Of a DNA stretch of 59,237 nt, positions 37,138-50,019 are shown piece by piece. Every line of letters starts with the position of its first letter. Positions within the stretch are counted from its first letter, which is position 1. Both the position numbers and the translations under genes were made by a program. The notes beneath the pieces were generated by a model. The model did no database searches and had not been told where the DNA came from. It was given only the letters and a program-made list of their open reading frames with translations. Source of the stretch: Octopus bimaculoides (Eukaryota); NCBI RefSeq assembly GCF_001194135.2, contig NC_068981.1, positions 120,101,303-120,160,539 on the forward strand, in the 5' to 3' direction.

Positions 37138-37519
37138 TGTTGGCACTCTGTCGCTTACGACGTCGAGGGTTCCAGTTGATCCGATCAACGGAACAGCCTG
37201 CTCATGAAATTAACATGCAAGTGACTGAGCACTCCACAGACATGTGTACCCTTAACGTAGTTCTCGGGGATATTCAGCATGACACAGTGTGACAAGGCTG
37301 ACCCTTTGAAATACAGGTACAACAGAAACAGGAAGAAAGAGTGAGAGAAAGTTGTGGTGAAAGAGTACAGCAGGGTTCGCCACCATCCCCTGCCGGAGCT
37401 TCGTGGAGCTTTAGGTGTTTTCGCTCAAAAAACACTCACAACGCCCGGTCTGGGAATCGAAACCGCGATCCTATAACCGCGAGTCCACTGCTCTAACCAC
37501 TGGGCCATTGCGCCTCCAC
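37138..37519 (-). mobile_element. Young tRNA-derived SINE family C with 12-bp TSD
   Basis: Reverse complement of 15648-16027 with most CpGs intact. TSD TATGAAAAGACA at 37126-37137 and 37520-37531. Confidence 0.95.
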
Positions 37520-37699
37520 TATGAAAAGACAAGATAACCACTAATCAACCTTATCATCAACAACAACTAGTATCTGTGCTGGGGGCCATAGAGATGTTTA
37601 AACTCCTAGAAAGCCATGCTTGCTTAGTGGGTTTCAATTCCCAATTGAGCCATTTCGCTTCATATGTTATTTCATATTTGTCTTTCTTAGTTGAAATAA

Positions 37700-37915
37700 T
37701 GGTTTCAAATTTTGGCACAAGGCCAGAAATTCGAGGGTGTGGGGCAAGTTGATTATATCAACTTCAGTGATCAACTGGTGCCTATTTTATCAACTCTGAA
37801 AGGATGAAAGATAAAGTTGACCTTGGTAGAGTTTGAACTCAGAACATACAGATGGATGAAATGCTGCTAACCAGTTTAGCCAGCATGCTAATGATTCTGC
37901 CAGCTCACTGCCTTC
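37700..37915 (-). mobile_element. SINE family B
   Basis: Reverse complement of the family B consensus. Confidence 0.88.
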
Positions 37916-40189
37916 TTTCTAAGTTGAAATAATAGAAGTAGATCTTTCACTTAACAATGTTTCCTTTGCACTGCTTGGAATATAGCCTAGATGAAATAAA
38001 AGACCTTGCTGTTGGTAATGTGATAATGCTTCATTTGTTTTTACATCTATATATCTGTAAATCAATATTATATTAAACAAAGATTTATTACATAAGGAAA
38101 AGGTCAGTTTCTGAACAATCAACCTCAGTATATTACAGGTAATTATGTTATAAGTGACTGTGAAATGAAAGCCAAAGTTAACTCTGATGGAATTTAAATT
38201 CAGTCAAGAGGGACAAAATTATAATAATGTTCAGTGTTCTACTGTTTTATTTAGTTTGACTCCAATTAACTCAATTAAATAAGGATTTCTAACATAGAAA
38301 GCAAGCCAAAAAGTGTGTGTGGAGGGAGGGATGACAGTCAGTTGACTGCTGGTACTTCTTTTATTGATCATGGTAAGATTAATGGTTTACAGCAGTTGGA
38401 TTTGAACTTAGTATGTAAAAGAATATAACTAAATATGACAAAGCTTTGCTAGATGAAATGTTGGTTTCAAAGTATAATCAGTTGAATCAATGACTATAAT
38501 ACTTAACATTCATAAACCCCAGTGGATCAAAAGAATAGAAGGTAATGTTGGTTCCTAGAAGGATGATAAGTATAAGAAAGGACTGGAATAAAACTAAATG
38601 CTATACATACACTGTTGTCCACCTACTAAACTAAACTAAATACTCTGACAAAAAACCAATAAAGAAGCCTTTATATGATTGTTTAACCTTCATGAAATAG
38701 CAACCAAGTCTTTGTTGAACCACAGCATGTAATCAATCTCAAGAAATAAAAAAAAAAATGAAGTACACTTAAGTCTTTAAAGAAAGTTGAGTGTGGTAAG
38801 AACTTTGACACATAGGAGTGCTCATAGATATGTTTATTCAGAGTCAACTTGGCGTTTAACAATAACAGCAACATTAATACTCTAAGTGCTTCTCTCTAGC
38901 TGATCAAAAGCAGTCCCCACCATCACCAATTAGTGAAATTTTTTTGCCTCTTTTCTCTTTACTAGTAATAAGACAAAAATAGAGTGTGTTCATATACCAC
39001 TTCTTTCTTTGCTAGTTGTGGGAAAAATTTAAAAGTTTACTTTTAAAAGCAAATTGCTATGTTTAATTATATTAAGATAATGTAATTAAACATGGCAATT
39101 TGCTTTTCCTCTTCTTCATACTTCTAAGCCCTTTCCCCTCTTCTCTAACTAGAAATGTTAAAGGGGTTCCAGGGACAGAGATTGTTGCACAGTAAGTCAA
39201 TGTGGATTAAGTTATATAACTTCTGCAGTAACCAACTGACATTATGGGAGCAGGGATAGAGACAGTGATGTCAAATAAGGTATGTTGTTGTTGTTTAGCC
39301 CTAGACCAATGCGGATTGAGCAGATATATGACCAATGATGCTATAGTTGCAGCCATCCCATCTTTCTGTTTGACAAAAGAAAATCACATTTTACTCACTG
39401 GTTTACATAAGTATCAGCTTTTCAAATTTTAAAATATGTTCTTTAATTCAATTATTAACTCATGTTAAAATTGCTTCATGGCTAAATTTCTTGCCTATAG
39501 ACTAAAACTGGTATTGAAGAGCATACTTTAAAAAACTGATAGCAACATAAACTGGTTAGTAAAATGATTTTTTACTTTTTCCATAAAACTTCCTTGGTTA
39601 AAATGTGCTGTAATAGTTATTCAGCAAAATTTCTTTTATGTGAAATCTTTTCAGTAAATGTATTTCTCTTTTTGTTTGTATATGTGTGCATACAACTCTC
39701 TTTGTAAAAACATACACTAATATTTTTATAGTGAAACTTATATATGAAACATTTTTGCATGTGAAAACACCTTTGCATCTTTATTTTCATGTGTGTGTGT
39801 GTGTGTGTGTACACACACACACAGTCAATATTGTAACTATCAAAAAAAGTTTTCTTTAATGTTTAGATGTATATATATATATGTGTGTGTATTGATATAG
39901 ATATGTACTGACATATTTATATATATGTGTGTGTGTGTGTATGTATGTATACATGCATACACACACACACATTTCGTTTTTGTATTTGGTTTGCAAGATT
40001 CTTTATGTGAATTCATGTGTTGAAGCATATCTTGTTGTGTGGGGAGAGTCATTCTGTTTTAATGCCTTATTAGTTAACACACTCACCGGTTCAATTTCCT
40101 CTCAAAAATTTTTAATTTTTGTAAAAAATCAAACATCCTGTCAACATCATGGTGTTTAGAGTGAACACTAGTGATGGCGATGTTATGCT

Positions 40190-41910
40190 TCCATTCATCT
40201 TCCCACATGGCCTCACTAGTTTTTCCCTAGCAAGTTCCTTCCACTGTTAGGGAGTGACACTTCTTCACACAGATCTCCTCATCCATACATAGCACATGAC
40301 CATAGCAGTGCAGTCGTCTCTCTTGCATACCACATCTGATGCTTCTTATGTCCAACATTTCGCTCAGGGCACTTACACTCTGTCGTGTGTGCACACTGAC
40401 ATTACACAACCAGTGGATCATACTAGCTTCATTTCTTTTGAGCCTACGCACATCTTCAGCAGTCACGGCCCATGTTTCACTGCCATGAAGCATGGCAATT
40501 CGCACGCATGCATCGTACAATCTTTGTCACCAGTAGAGGCAGGAGCTTTCTGAACTTTACCCAGGCTATTATTATTCTTGTGGCAACTCTCTCTGAGCAT
40601 CCACCCCCAACTACAGACTTGGTCACCAAGGTAGCAGAAGCTATCAACTACTTCTATTTTTTCCCCCAGCATGTGATGGAATCAGTTTTCTGAGCATCTG
40701 CGGTGTTTATTGCCCCTGTGCATCTGCTGCACACAAAAGCTATCTTCCCGGTTAAACTTCCTTTGATGTTGGTGCACCTCTTATGTGTCCATAGCTTACA
40801 CCTGAAGGGGTTTGTGATGTGTTCGCCTTCCTACTTACTAGGACTTTGGTTTTTGCAACATTGACTCTAAGGCCCTTTGATTCTAAACCTTGCTTCCACA
40901 CCTAAAATTTCTTCTCTTGTTCTGGTAGCGATTCCACTATGAGACCAAGGTCATCAGCATAGAGGAGCTCCCAGGAGGCAGTTTGTCTTTAATTCCTCTG
41001 TTATTGCTTGGAGGACTATGATGAATAAGAGGGGGATGAGGGGTGATCCTTGGTGAACCCCTACTTCTACCTGAAATTCTTTGCTATACTCATTACCAAT
41101 CCTTACCTTACTAACAGCATCCCTGTACAGCTCTTATTAACCACTCATTAATCCACAGTTTCTGCATCGTCCACCAGATAAGGGACTGGGGGACCCTGTC
41201 AAGAGTTTTCTCCAAGTCAACAAAAGCCAAGTATAGGGATTTATCTTTGGTTAGGTATTTCTCCTGCAGTTGCCATACCAGGAATATAGCATCAGTGGTG
41301 CTTCTACTTGGCACAAAACCAAACTGCATCTCATCTCAGCAGGCTTTCTCGCTAATTAGTTGGGCTAGGACCCTGACCATGACCTTCATCACCTGATCTA
41401 GCAGTTTGATGCCCCTATAGTTATTTCTATCTAAAGCATCACCTTTAACTTTGTAGTAGGTGTTGCTACGCCAATCATTGGGTATGGCTCCTTTGTGAAC
41501 TACCTGGTTTACAATATGGGTGACTAGGCCATAACCTACACCACCAAATATTTTAAGCTCTCCTCCTCCCATTCGTTCTCCACATTCAGCAGCCTTTCAT
41601 AATGGCTTCTCCAAGCCTCTTTCTTTTCAGAATCATTAAAAGCAAGTGCACCATCATCCATGTGGACACATTTCTCTCCTGTGACATCACAATTTTCTCT
41701 CACACACTGTCTTGCAATCCGAAATACTTCAGTTTGTTGGTCCTCACGTCGCTGAACATTGGCAAACTTCTTCTTTTCTGCTTCTCCCTTGGCTATCTTG
41801 TACAGTTCCCTGCTACCCCCACTCTTCCAGGCTTCCCAGGCCTGTTTCTTTGCTCTTATGGCATTGTCTACTATATTATTCCACCACCAAGTTACTCTAG
41901 TGTATGCATC
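40190..41910 (-). mobile_element. RTE-clade LINE ORF2 pseudogene (RT plus C-terminus)
   Basis: DALDRNNYRGIKLLDQVMKV; MQFGFVPSRSTTDAIFLVWQLQEKYL...LYLAFVDLEK..DRVP; EVVDSFCYLGD; YDACVRIAMLHGSETWAV...RRLH.YGHV. Stops, frameshifts and internal deletions. Confidence 0.93.
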
Positions 41911-42125
41911 TTTATGTCTGTGTTTGTCCCCAACCACTGCATGACAACTGATGTCAGTTTATTTACCTCTCTGTAACTTAGCAGTTCAGGAAAGAGACTG
42001 TCAGAATAAGTATGAGGCTTGAAAAAAAAGTCCTGAGGTTGATTTGTTCAACAAAAACCCTTCAAAGTGGTACCCCAGCATGGCCGCAGTCAAATGACCT
42101 AAGCAAAGTAAGAGAAAAAGAATAA
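41910..42125 (+). mobile_element. SINE family A, 3' half
   Basis: GTGTTTGTCCCCAACCACTGC...CAGCATGGCCGCAGTCAAATGAC. Confidence 0.85.
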
Positions 42126-42167
42126 AGAATATGTGAATCTATATATATCTGTATGAGTGCGTGTGCA

Positions 42168-42208
<41 letters not shown>

Positions 42209-42879
42209 TGAATAATAACCTTCCACATGATCATTGTAATTTTCCTATACAAGGGAATTTATACAATTTGTGACCATATTTTGTTTATTCATTAGGTTAT
42301 GACTAAATGGCTGTAGGTTGATCATTATGTAATTGGTATGACATTATCATTGTTATCATAGATCTTCTCATGCATGTTATTTGATTTGTTGCACATTATT
42401 GAAATGATTCTAAACCATAGAATAAATGTTAAACTAGCAATTCCATTTTTCACTCATTATTTATACTTCATGACAGAAAATAACCCTCTGGATTTCCTGT
42501 TTGTTTGAAACTAATGTTTCTATTGAAGAATTTGTCCTTCCTACACATTCAGATAGGTTCTGTTTGCAAGAGTGCTGTTTCAGGTAAACATTTGAATTCT
42601 CTCTCTCTCTCTCTATATATATATATAGTTCAAAGGTAAAAAAACACAACAAACAGAAATCATCAAAAAATAACAAGCAGGAAAAGGACGATAGCACAAC
42701 AATGGCAAACAGGACAAAACAAGATATGTGGATCATTCGCAGCCAATTACTTCTTTAGTTGGAGTCTGAAATGTCCAGGTAGTTTTGTCCAATCCTCTCC
42801 AATACTACTCAAAACCAGTTGGGCCAAGGGGTTATATACATACATATGTATATACATNNNNNNNNNNATATATATATAT

Positions 42880-43530
42880 ATATATAAATAAATATAAAGG
42901 AATACAAAAAACGGGACAAGAATGCAAAACATCCAGACAGCTAGATGATACAAAAAAGGGACAAGAAAAATCACGGATGGGTCGTTCGAAGTTTTCTTTC
43001 CTCAGTCGAGTTCCAGATTATCTTTGCAATTTCTGCTGGTTATACTCGAGATTGCTCCTGTCTGGCCAGCCCCAAGGCAAAACTAAGCTAAAAGCACTAG
43101 ATTCCTTGGAAGAAAGCAGCGAATGTATATGAAAACAAGGATGGAAAAAGAAAAAAACGGAGAAATGGTACACAAGTACAAATACAAACAACAGGACATT
43201 AACAACAGGTGTCTTTCGACTAAGGATGAATTAAATTAAGCTGGCGTGTGTAGAAGTGAAGCCTTATGGCAGGGACATAAGAGATGACAGGCATGGTGAG
43301 GAATATAGATGTTGCACAGATGGTAGTCGAACCAAGAAAGACTCCAGTCACGTGGAGAGAGAGGAGAGAGGTAGAGGCAGAGGGGCAGAAGAATTAGGGA
43401 GGGATGAGAAAAAAAGAAAAGGGACAGAGTGAAGTGAAAGAGGAGGGAAGGTGATGGAGGGATAGATAGGTGTCCTAGGTATTTAAAGTGCATTTATTAG
43501 TGGGGCACTGATTCAGGGATTCCAGGGTTT
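42880..43530 (-). mobile_element. Penelope-like repeat (pLTR-type) fragment
   Basis: Shares ~300 bp with 46081-46385 and is inverse-homologous to 46385-46563. It contains a hammerhead-like relic CTGAGGA-AAG-AAAA-CTT-CGAACG on the minus strand at 42981-43010. The family assignment is an inference. Confidence 0.5.
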
Positions 43531-43973
43531 TGAAAAGTGTGGTATCAGCTCTTAGCTTCTATTATTTCCACATCTACAACTGACCTGGAGAAGTAGCACC
43601 TGTCAGGGTCCCAGCTGTGGATTAATTAGCATATTAGGACTTGCTGACTTATGCATATGGAAACTAGATCTAGTACACTCTGACAAAGAAACTTTTATGG
43701 ATCAATGATGGAGAAGGCAGCTGCAGCAATGCACTGTGGTGTGCAGAGAAAAAGATGAGGCAACTAAGACACCTTGATCATCTACAGTATCTGTCTCCAT
43801 CCCCAGTCATCTTGGCTTCTATCTTACCACTGGACTGAAGATGGTTATGATCAAAAGAGTGAGTGTAATTGTGTGTAACTCTTCTATACTTTAAATAAAG
43901 TTGCAGCGCAAGTTGTCAGTCATCCTCAAGGATGACTAGATAGTTCTCATTTCTCCGACAGACAAACATGGTG

Positions 43974-44015
<42 letters not shown>

Positions 44016-44540
44016 CACACACACACACACACACATATACACCAGAGTAAGCACATAAATGTGAAACAAGGTGGAATAAATAGTACTTGAATATCGGAGG
44101 TAGAGTAATATGCTTTATCAATAAAGCTGCAAAGACTACTCAGAGTTTCACATTTTCATTTGTCGGACGTCCGAAGAATGGGAATGTGAATGTCTTTGCA
44201 ACTTTGTTAATAAAGTATATCTATAAATATATATGCATACATGCATATATATACATACATACACACACATACACACATATATATATGCAGATGTTTGTAT
44301 GTGTGTGTGTGCTTGTGTATACATGTGGTAAAATTAGAAATAAAAAGTACTTGGTACAGTATAATATATTTAAAGAAATGAATAAGAATGGCTTCCCTGA
44401 TAATTTTTCCACTTGTATAATCAGATGTTTATAAAACAGCTCTTTATAAAAATCTAATTACTAAAGTGGAAAAATTATCAGAAAACCATAAAGCCATTTC
44501 TGCTTATTCCTTCAAAGAAACACACAGGCCTATACACACG

Positions 44541-44584
<44 letters not shown>

Positions 44585-45014
44585 ATTAAAGGATAAAATC
44601 ATAAAAAAAATTTTTATTAGTGGTCACCATATAAAATAGACCTATTTAGGTAAATTCATTTTGCTGNNNNNNNNNNNNNNNNNNNNNNNNNNNNNNNNNN
44701 NNNNNNNNNNNNNNNNNNNNNNNNNNNNNNNNNNNNNNNNNNNNNNNNNNNNNNNNNNNNNNNNNNNNNNNNNNNNNNNNNNNNNNNNNNNNNNNNNNNN
44801 NNNNNNNNNNNNNNNNNNNNNNNNNNNNNNNNNNNNNNNNNNNNNNNNNNNNNNNNNNNNNNNNNNNNNNNNNNNNNNNNNNNNNNNNNNNNNNNNNNNN
44901 NNNNNNNNNNNNNNNNNNNNNNNNNNNNNNNNNNNNNNNNNNNNNNNNNNNNNNNNNNNNNNNNNNNNNNNNNNNNNNNNNNNNNNNNNNNNNNNNNNNN
45001 NNNNNNNNNNNNNN

Positions 45015-45051
<37 letters not shown>

Positions 45052-45378
45052 ATACATATATGTACATACATACAACATATACAGAGGGTACAATGTGTGT
45101 GTGTACTTTTAATATATATTTCAACATAAAATATATAGACAGTATATATTGATTTTTACATGTATCGACAACATTCCAGTTAAGAACTTTCCAACTATTT
45201 CATATTGACTTTTAACTTTACTAGATATTGATTTGTGTTTTGCTCTCAACTGGCCGACAAATTTCTGGGATAAGAGAACTCTTGCAGATATATGGTTTGT
45301 TTAAAATATTCAAATATGAGAGATAGAGAGATATAGAGGCAGGGAGGGGGAGAGAGAGAATGTGCACGCTCGCGCGCA

Positions 45379-45409
<31 letters not shown>

Positions 45410-45734
45410 ACGTGTATTTTTAATATGCTTTTGTACACTTGAATGTGAATGGTATTCGCTACAGGATTTGTCTCAGAGAAAAATGTTCTTTTTGTTGATT
45501 TTGGGTATAAAAACATGTTGATCTAAGCTTTAAGCTCTAAGCTCTAAGTGGTGTCAGTAGACATCCAGAGACAGTGTTTCAGTGTTATTTTATCTCTTCA
45601 GTGGTAGAAACTACCTTAGCTGACATTGGAACATGATGTTATTAGACCAGTCGGATCCCATCAAACTGTCTTGCCCATGAGGGCATCGAACATGGTCACT
45701 AAGAAATAAGGATAACGATGATGGTGATATGTAT

Positions 45735-45781
<47 letters not shown>

Positions 45782-46080
45782 AATGTGTGTGCTTATTTTC
45801 CCCAAGAGCACAAATATTAGTATATTGATATTTTTTCTTCCATATGTCAATTAGTATATTAACATCTGCTTGATTAACTTATACTCTTACACTCTCACAT
45901 ACAATGCCCCTGTGTGCACAATGCATGCATGCACGATGGTAATTTCTTGTTGCCCGAGAAAGATGGTTCTGTAATTTGTTGCTGAACATAAATAATTTTT
46001 GTTTATAGTGGTCAAATGTTTCTCTAGTACATTAACTCACTCCTGCTATCAAATTAACGTTGTCTGAACAGGTGTATGGT

Positions 46081-46563
46081 GTGCACAAATACAAATAACA
46101 GGACATAACAACAGGTGTCTTTTGACTAAGGACAAATTAATTTAATTTGGCGTGTGTGGAAATAGAGCCTTATGGCAGGGATACAAGATTTCACAGGCAC
46201 AGGGAGGAATATAGATGTTGCACGGACAATGGCCGAACCAAGAAAGAAAGATCAGGCTTGGCTGAACACCGGTCATGTGGGGGAGAGAAGAGAGAGAGTT
46301 AGAGGCAGAGGGACAGAAGATTTAAGGAGGGGTGATAAAAAATGACAGGTACACAGTGAAGTGAAAAGAGGAGGGAAAGTGAGCAAGGCTTTACTTCCAT
46401 ACACGCCAGCTTAATTTAATTCGTCCTTAGTCGAAAGACACCTGTTGTTATGTCCTGTTATTTGTATTTGTGTAACATTCTGTTTTTTTTTCCATCCTTG
46501 TTTTCGTATACATTCGCTGCTTTTTTTCCAAGGAATCTAATGCTCTTAGCTTAGTTTTTCCTT
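46081..46563. mobile_element. Penelope-like repeat with an internally inverted partial copy
   Basis: 46087-46171 and 46385-46470 are reverse complements; the second block continues as the inverse of 43075-43200 up to the gap. Confidence 0.6.
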
Positions 46564-47359
46564 NNNNNNNNNNNNNNNNNNNNNNNNNNNNNNNNNNNNN
46601 NNNNNNNNNNNNNNNNNNNNNNNNNNNNNNNNNNNNNNNNNNNNNNNNNNNNNNNNNNNNNNNNNNNNNNNNNNNNNNNNNNNNNNNNNNNNNNNNNNNN
46701 NNNNNNNNNNNNNNNNNNNNNNNNNNNNNNNNNNNNNNNNNNNNNNNNNNNNNNNNNNNNNNNNNNNNNNNNNNNNNNNNNNNNNNNNNNNNNNNNNNNN
46801 NNNNNNNNNNNNNNNNNNNNNNNNNNNNNNNNNNNNNNNNNNNNNNNNNNNNNNNNNNNNNNNNNNNNNNNNNNNNNNNNNNNNNNNNNNNNNNNNNNNN
46901 NNNNNNNNNNNNNNNNNNNNNNNNNNNNNNNNNNNNNNNNNNNNNNNNNNNNNNNNNNNNNNNNNNNNNNNNNNNNNNNNNNNNNNNNNNNNNNNNNNNN
47001 NNNNNNNNNNNNNNNNNNNNNNNNNNNNNNNNNNNNNNNNNNNNNNNNNNNNNNNNNNNNNNNNNNNNNNNNNNNNNNNNNNNNNNNNNNNNNNNNNNNN
47101 NNNNNNNNNNNNNNNNNNNNNNNNNNNNNNNNNNNNNNNNNNNNNNNNNNNNNNNNNNNNNNNNNNNNNNNNNNNNNNNNNNNNNNNNNNNNNNNNNNNN
47201 NNNNNNNNNNNNNNNNNNNNNNNNNNNNNNNNNNNNNNNNNNNNNNNNNNNNNNNNNNNNNNNNNNNNNNNNNNNNNNNNNNNNNNNNNNNNNNNNNNNN
47301 NNNNNNNNNNNNNNNNNNNNNNNNNNNNNNNNNNNNNNNNNNNNNNNNNNNNNNNNNNN

Positions 47360-47399
<40 letters not shown>

Positions 47400-47724
47400 C
47401 ACAGTCTAATGACTGAAACAAGTAAAAGAATAAAAGAATATATATATATGTATGTATTTATCTTCTGGTTATTTCATCATGTTGGACTGTTAATCCCTAC
47501 ACTTTTTTTTCTCTCTGTTATTTTTCATACTCTCTCCTTTCTTTTTCCTCTTAATCCTGTCTGTCAAAACATAGAGAATAAAAGTAGGCTCAAAGCATAA
47601 AAGACTTTTCCATTCTTCCTGAGTGTTAAACTAATACACCTGCTTGTTGTTCTTACACCTGTTTTCATCTTTTGTTTTCTGTAAATTTGAACTACACACA
47701 CACACACACACAGATATATGTGCA

Positions 47725-47895
47725 TACATATTTGCTGCTAGGAAGGGCATCCAGCCATAGAAACCATGCCAGAACAGACAATGGAGCCTAGTGTGGCATC
47801 CGGCTGTATGAGCTCCTATCAAATTATCCAACCCATGCCAGTATGGAAAGCAGATGTTAAATGATGATGATGATAATGATGATGATGATGATGAT
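47725..47895 (+). mobile_element. RTE-clade LINE 3' tail
   Basis: GGAAGGGCATCCAGCCATAGAAACC...GGAAAGCAGATGTTAAAT(GAT)n. Confidence 0.85.
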
Positions 47896-47905
47896 ATATA
47901 TTTGT

Positions 47906-47941
<36 letters not shown>

Positions 47942-48679
47942 GGGTGGGTGGTTCAATGGCATATATGAGCTCAATCTGCTGACACTTAAAAGTCAGCAAA
48001 AGCCAACTGAAAGAAATCATGGTTCAGATATATATAGTGGTTGTTTATTCTCTGTATAATAAATAAACATTACATGAAATACGCACGCGCACACACACAC
48101 ACACGTACACACACACATACACACACGCAGCTATATGTGTATGTATATATAATGTGTGTGTTTTACAAGTTTAACTCTATGGTAATCTTGATTTAGTTGA
48201 CCTTGGATCAGAAATGGCTTACATGGACTATTAAGGACAACATTATTTAATTTGTCGTTTCATTTTTAAAATAGTGTAGTGTGAGTTGAGATTAGATTTG
48301 GCTGCTATTTCCTACTGGTCAAGCAAGCATATAGTGGGTCTCTTCTCCTGTGAATACACAATTGTATTGATCCTGTATTTTGATCAATGGAAAACACTGT
48401 AGGATTGAGTAACAGAGGTAAAAATATAAATATACTAGTGAAATTAGGTCAAACATTAGTAAATGTTAAATGAGGGCAAATAAAAAATTAGAATATGTGA
48501 CCCCCACCACCACCACACATGCCTATATATATATGTTTATGTAACTACACACACATGCACATATATTAATTTATTCATATGTACATAAATACATACACAT
48601 ATACATACACTCATATATACATACACATATAAATACACACACACACACAAACACACACACATATGATATATAAGGTGAG

Positions 48680-48845
48680 CTGACAGAATTGTTAGCACAT
48701 CTGACAAAATGCTTAGTGGCATTTCTTCTAACTCTTTACTTTCTGCATTCAAATTTCACAGAGATTTAATTCTTTCAGGGTTGATAAAATAAGTACCAGT
48801 TAAGACTGGGGCCAATGTATGCCTTGTACAAAAATTTGAAACTAT
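48680..48845 (+). mobile_element. SINE family B with internal deletion
   Basis: GGTGAGCTGACAGAATTGTTAGC...GCCTTGTACAAAAATTTGAAAC. Confidence 0.8.
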
Positions 48846-48857
48846 AAATAAATATAT

Positions 48858-49061
48858 AGGCACAGGAGTGGCTGTGTGGTAAGTAGCTTGCTTACCAACC
48901 ACATGGTTCCCGGTTCATTTCTACTGCGTGGTACTTTGGGCAAATGTCTTCTACTATAGCCTCGGGCCGACCAAAACCTTGTGAGTGGATTTGGTAGACG
49001 GAAACTGAAAGAAGCCCGTCGTATANNNNNNNNNNNNNNNNNNNNNNNNNNNNNNNNNNNN

Positions 49062-49109
<48 letters not shown>

Positions 49110-49335
49110 TATATATGTATGTATGCGTGTGTGTGTGTTTGTCCCCCCAACATCGCTTGACAACCGATGGTGGTGTGTTTACGTCCTCGTAACTTAGCGG
49201 TTCGGCAAAAGAGACCGATAGGATAAGTACTAGGCATCCGAAGAATAAGTCCTGGGGTCGATTTGCTCAACTAAAAGGCGGTGCTCCAGCATGGCCACAG
49301 TCAAATGACTGAAACAAATAAAAGAGTAAAGAGAG
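48858..49335 (+). mobile_element. Young SINE family A copy (CpGs retained), spanning a gap
   Basis: GGCACAGGAGTGGCTGTGTGGTAAGTAGC...GGTTCCCGGTTCA...GAAGCCCGTCGTATA(N)(TA)n...CAGCATGGCCACAGTCAAATGACTGAAAC. Confidence 0.93.
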
Positions 49336-49341
49336 TATATA

Positions 49342-49773
49342 CATTGAAGAAAAGGAGACAGTCAGAATTTTGGATAATTCTTTATTAGCACTTTCATTTG
49401 TTTAAAAACTCATCAAGACAAAATCAAAATGGTAAAGAAACCCATTTCGTTGTTCATCTATCCTTACCCTATCCTTTATTATTATTATTATTTTTTCTCC
49501 ACTTTCTTGATTGTCCTAAAACCATCTCTCTATCCATTCCACCCACCTCCACTGCTTTGCTTTTCTTTCTTTCTCTCTTTCCCTTTTTCCAAAAAACAAA
49601 AACAATATTCTTCTCTTCTAAACAAAACAAAACAAAAAAGCATCCAATTCATATAAATGAACAATGAAACGTTCTGTTTTTACCATTTTGATTTTGTCTT
49701 GACAAGTTCGTAAATGAATGAAAGCACTAATAAAGGATTATCCAAAATTGCAACTGCCTCCTTTTTCTCAATA
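49342..49773. mobile_element. Tc1/mariner-type MITE with ~120-bp TIRs and TA TSD
   Basis: TA|CATTGAAGAAAAAGGAGACAGT...CAAGACAAAATCAAAATGGTAAA versus ...TTTACCATTTTGATTTTGTCTTG...ACTGCCTCCTTTTTCTCAATA|TA. Confidence 0.82.
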
Positions 49774-50019
49774 TACAATATCTGTTCATCTCTTCAAACA
49801 CTCTGCACACACACACACACGTATATGGGAAAAGATCAGAAAACACATAGTAAACTGAGTCACCAACTTGTTCCATTCACCAAAAGATTTCCAAGGCACC
49901 AGCAGGCCTCAAAAGACATTCATGTCCATAGAACATGATTACTACTTTATTTAACCCTCATTTGTCATTCATGATGACATTCATTATATATATATTTGTC
50001 ATTTGTCATTCATTATATA

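Noticed and set aside
39229-42583. Plus-strand exon pair 39229-39279 (MGAGIETVMSNK) and 42477-42583 (KITLWISCLF...)
   Set aside because: Phase-compatible but without homology support, and in conflict with the minus-strand host indications; RNA-seq is needed.
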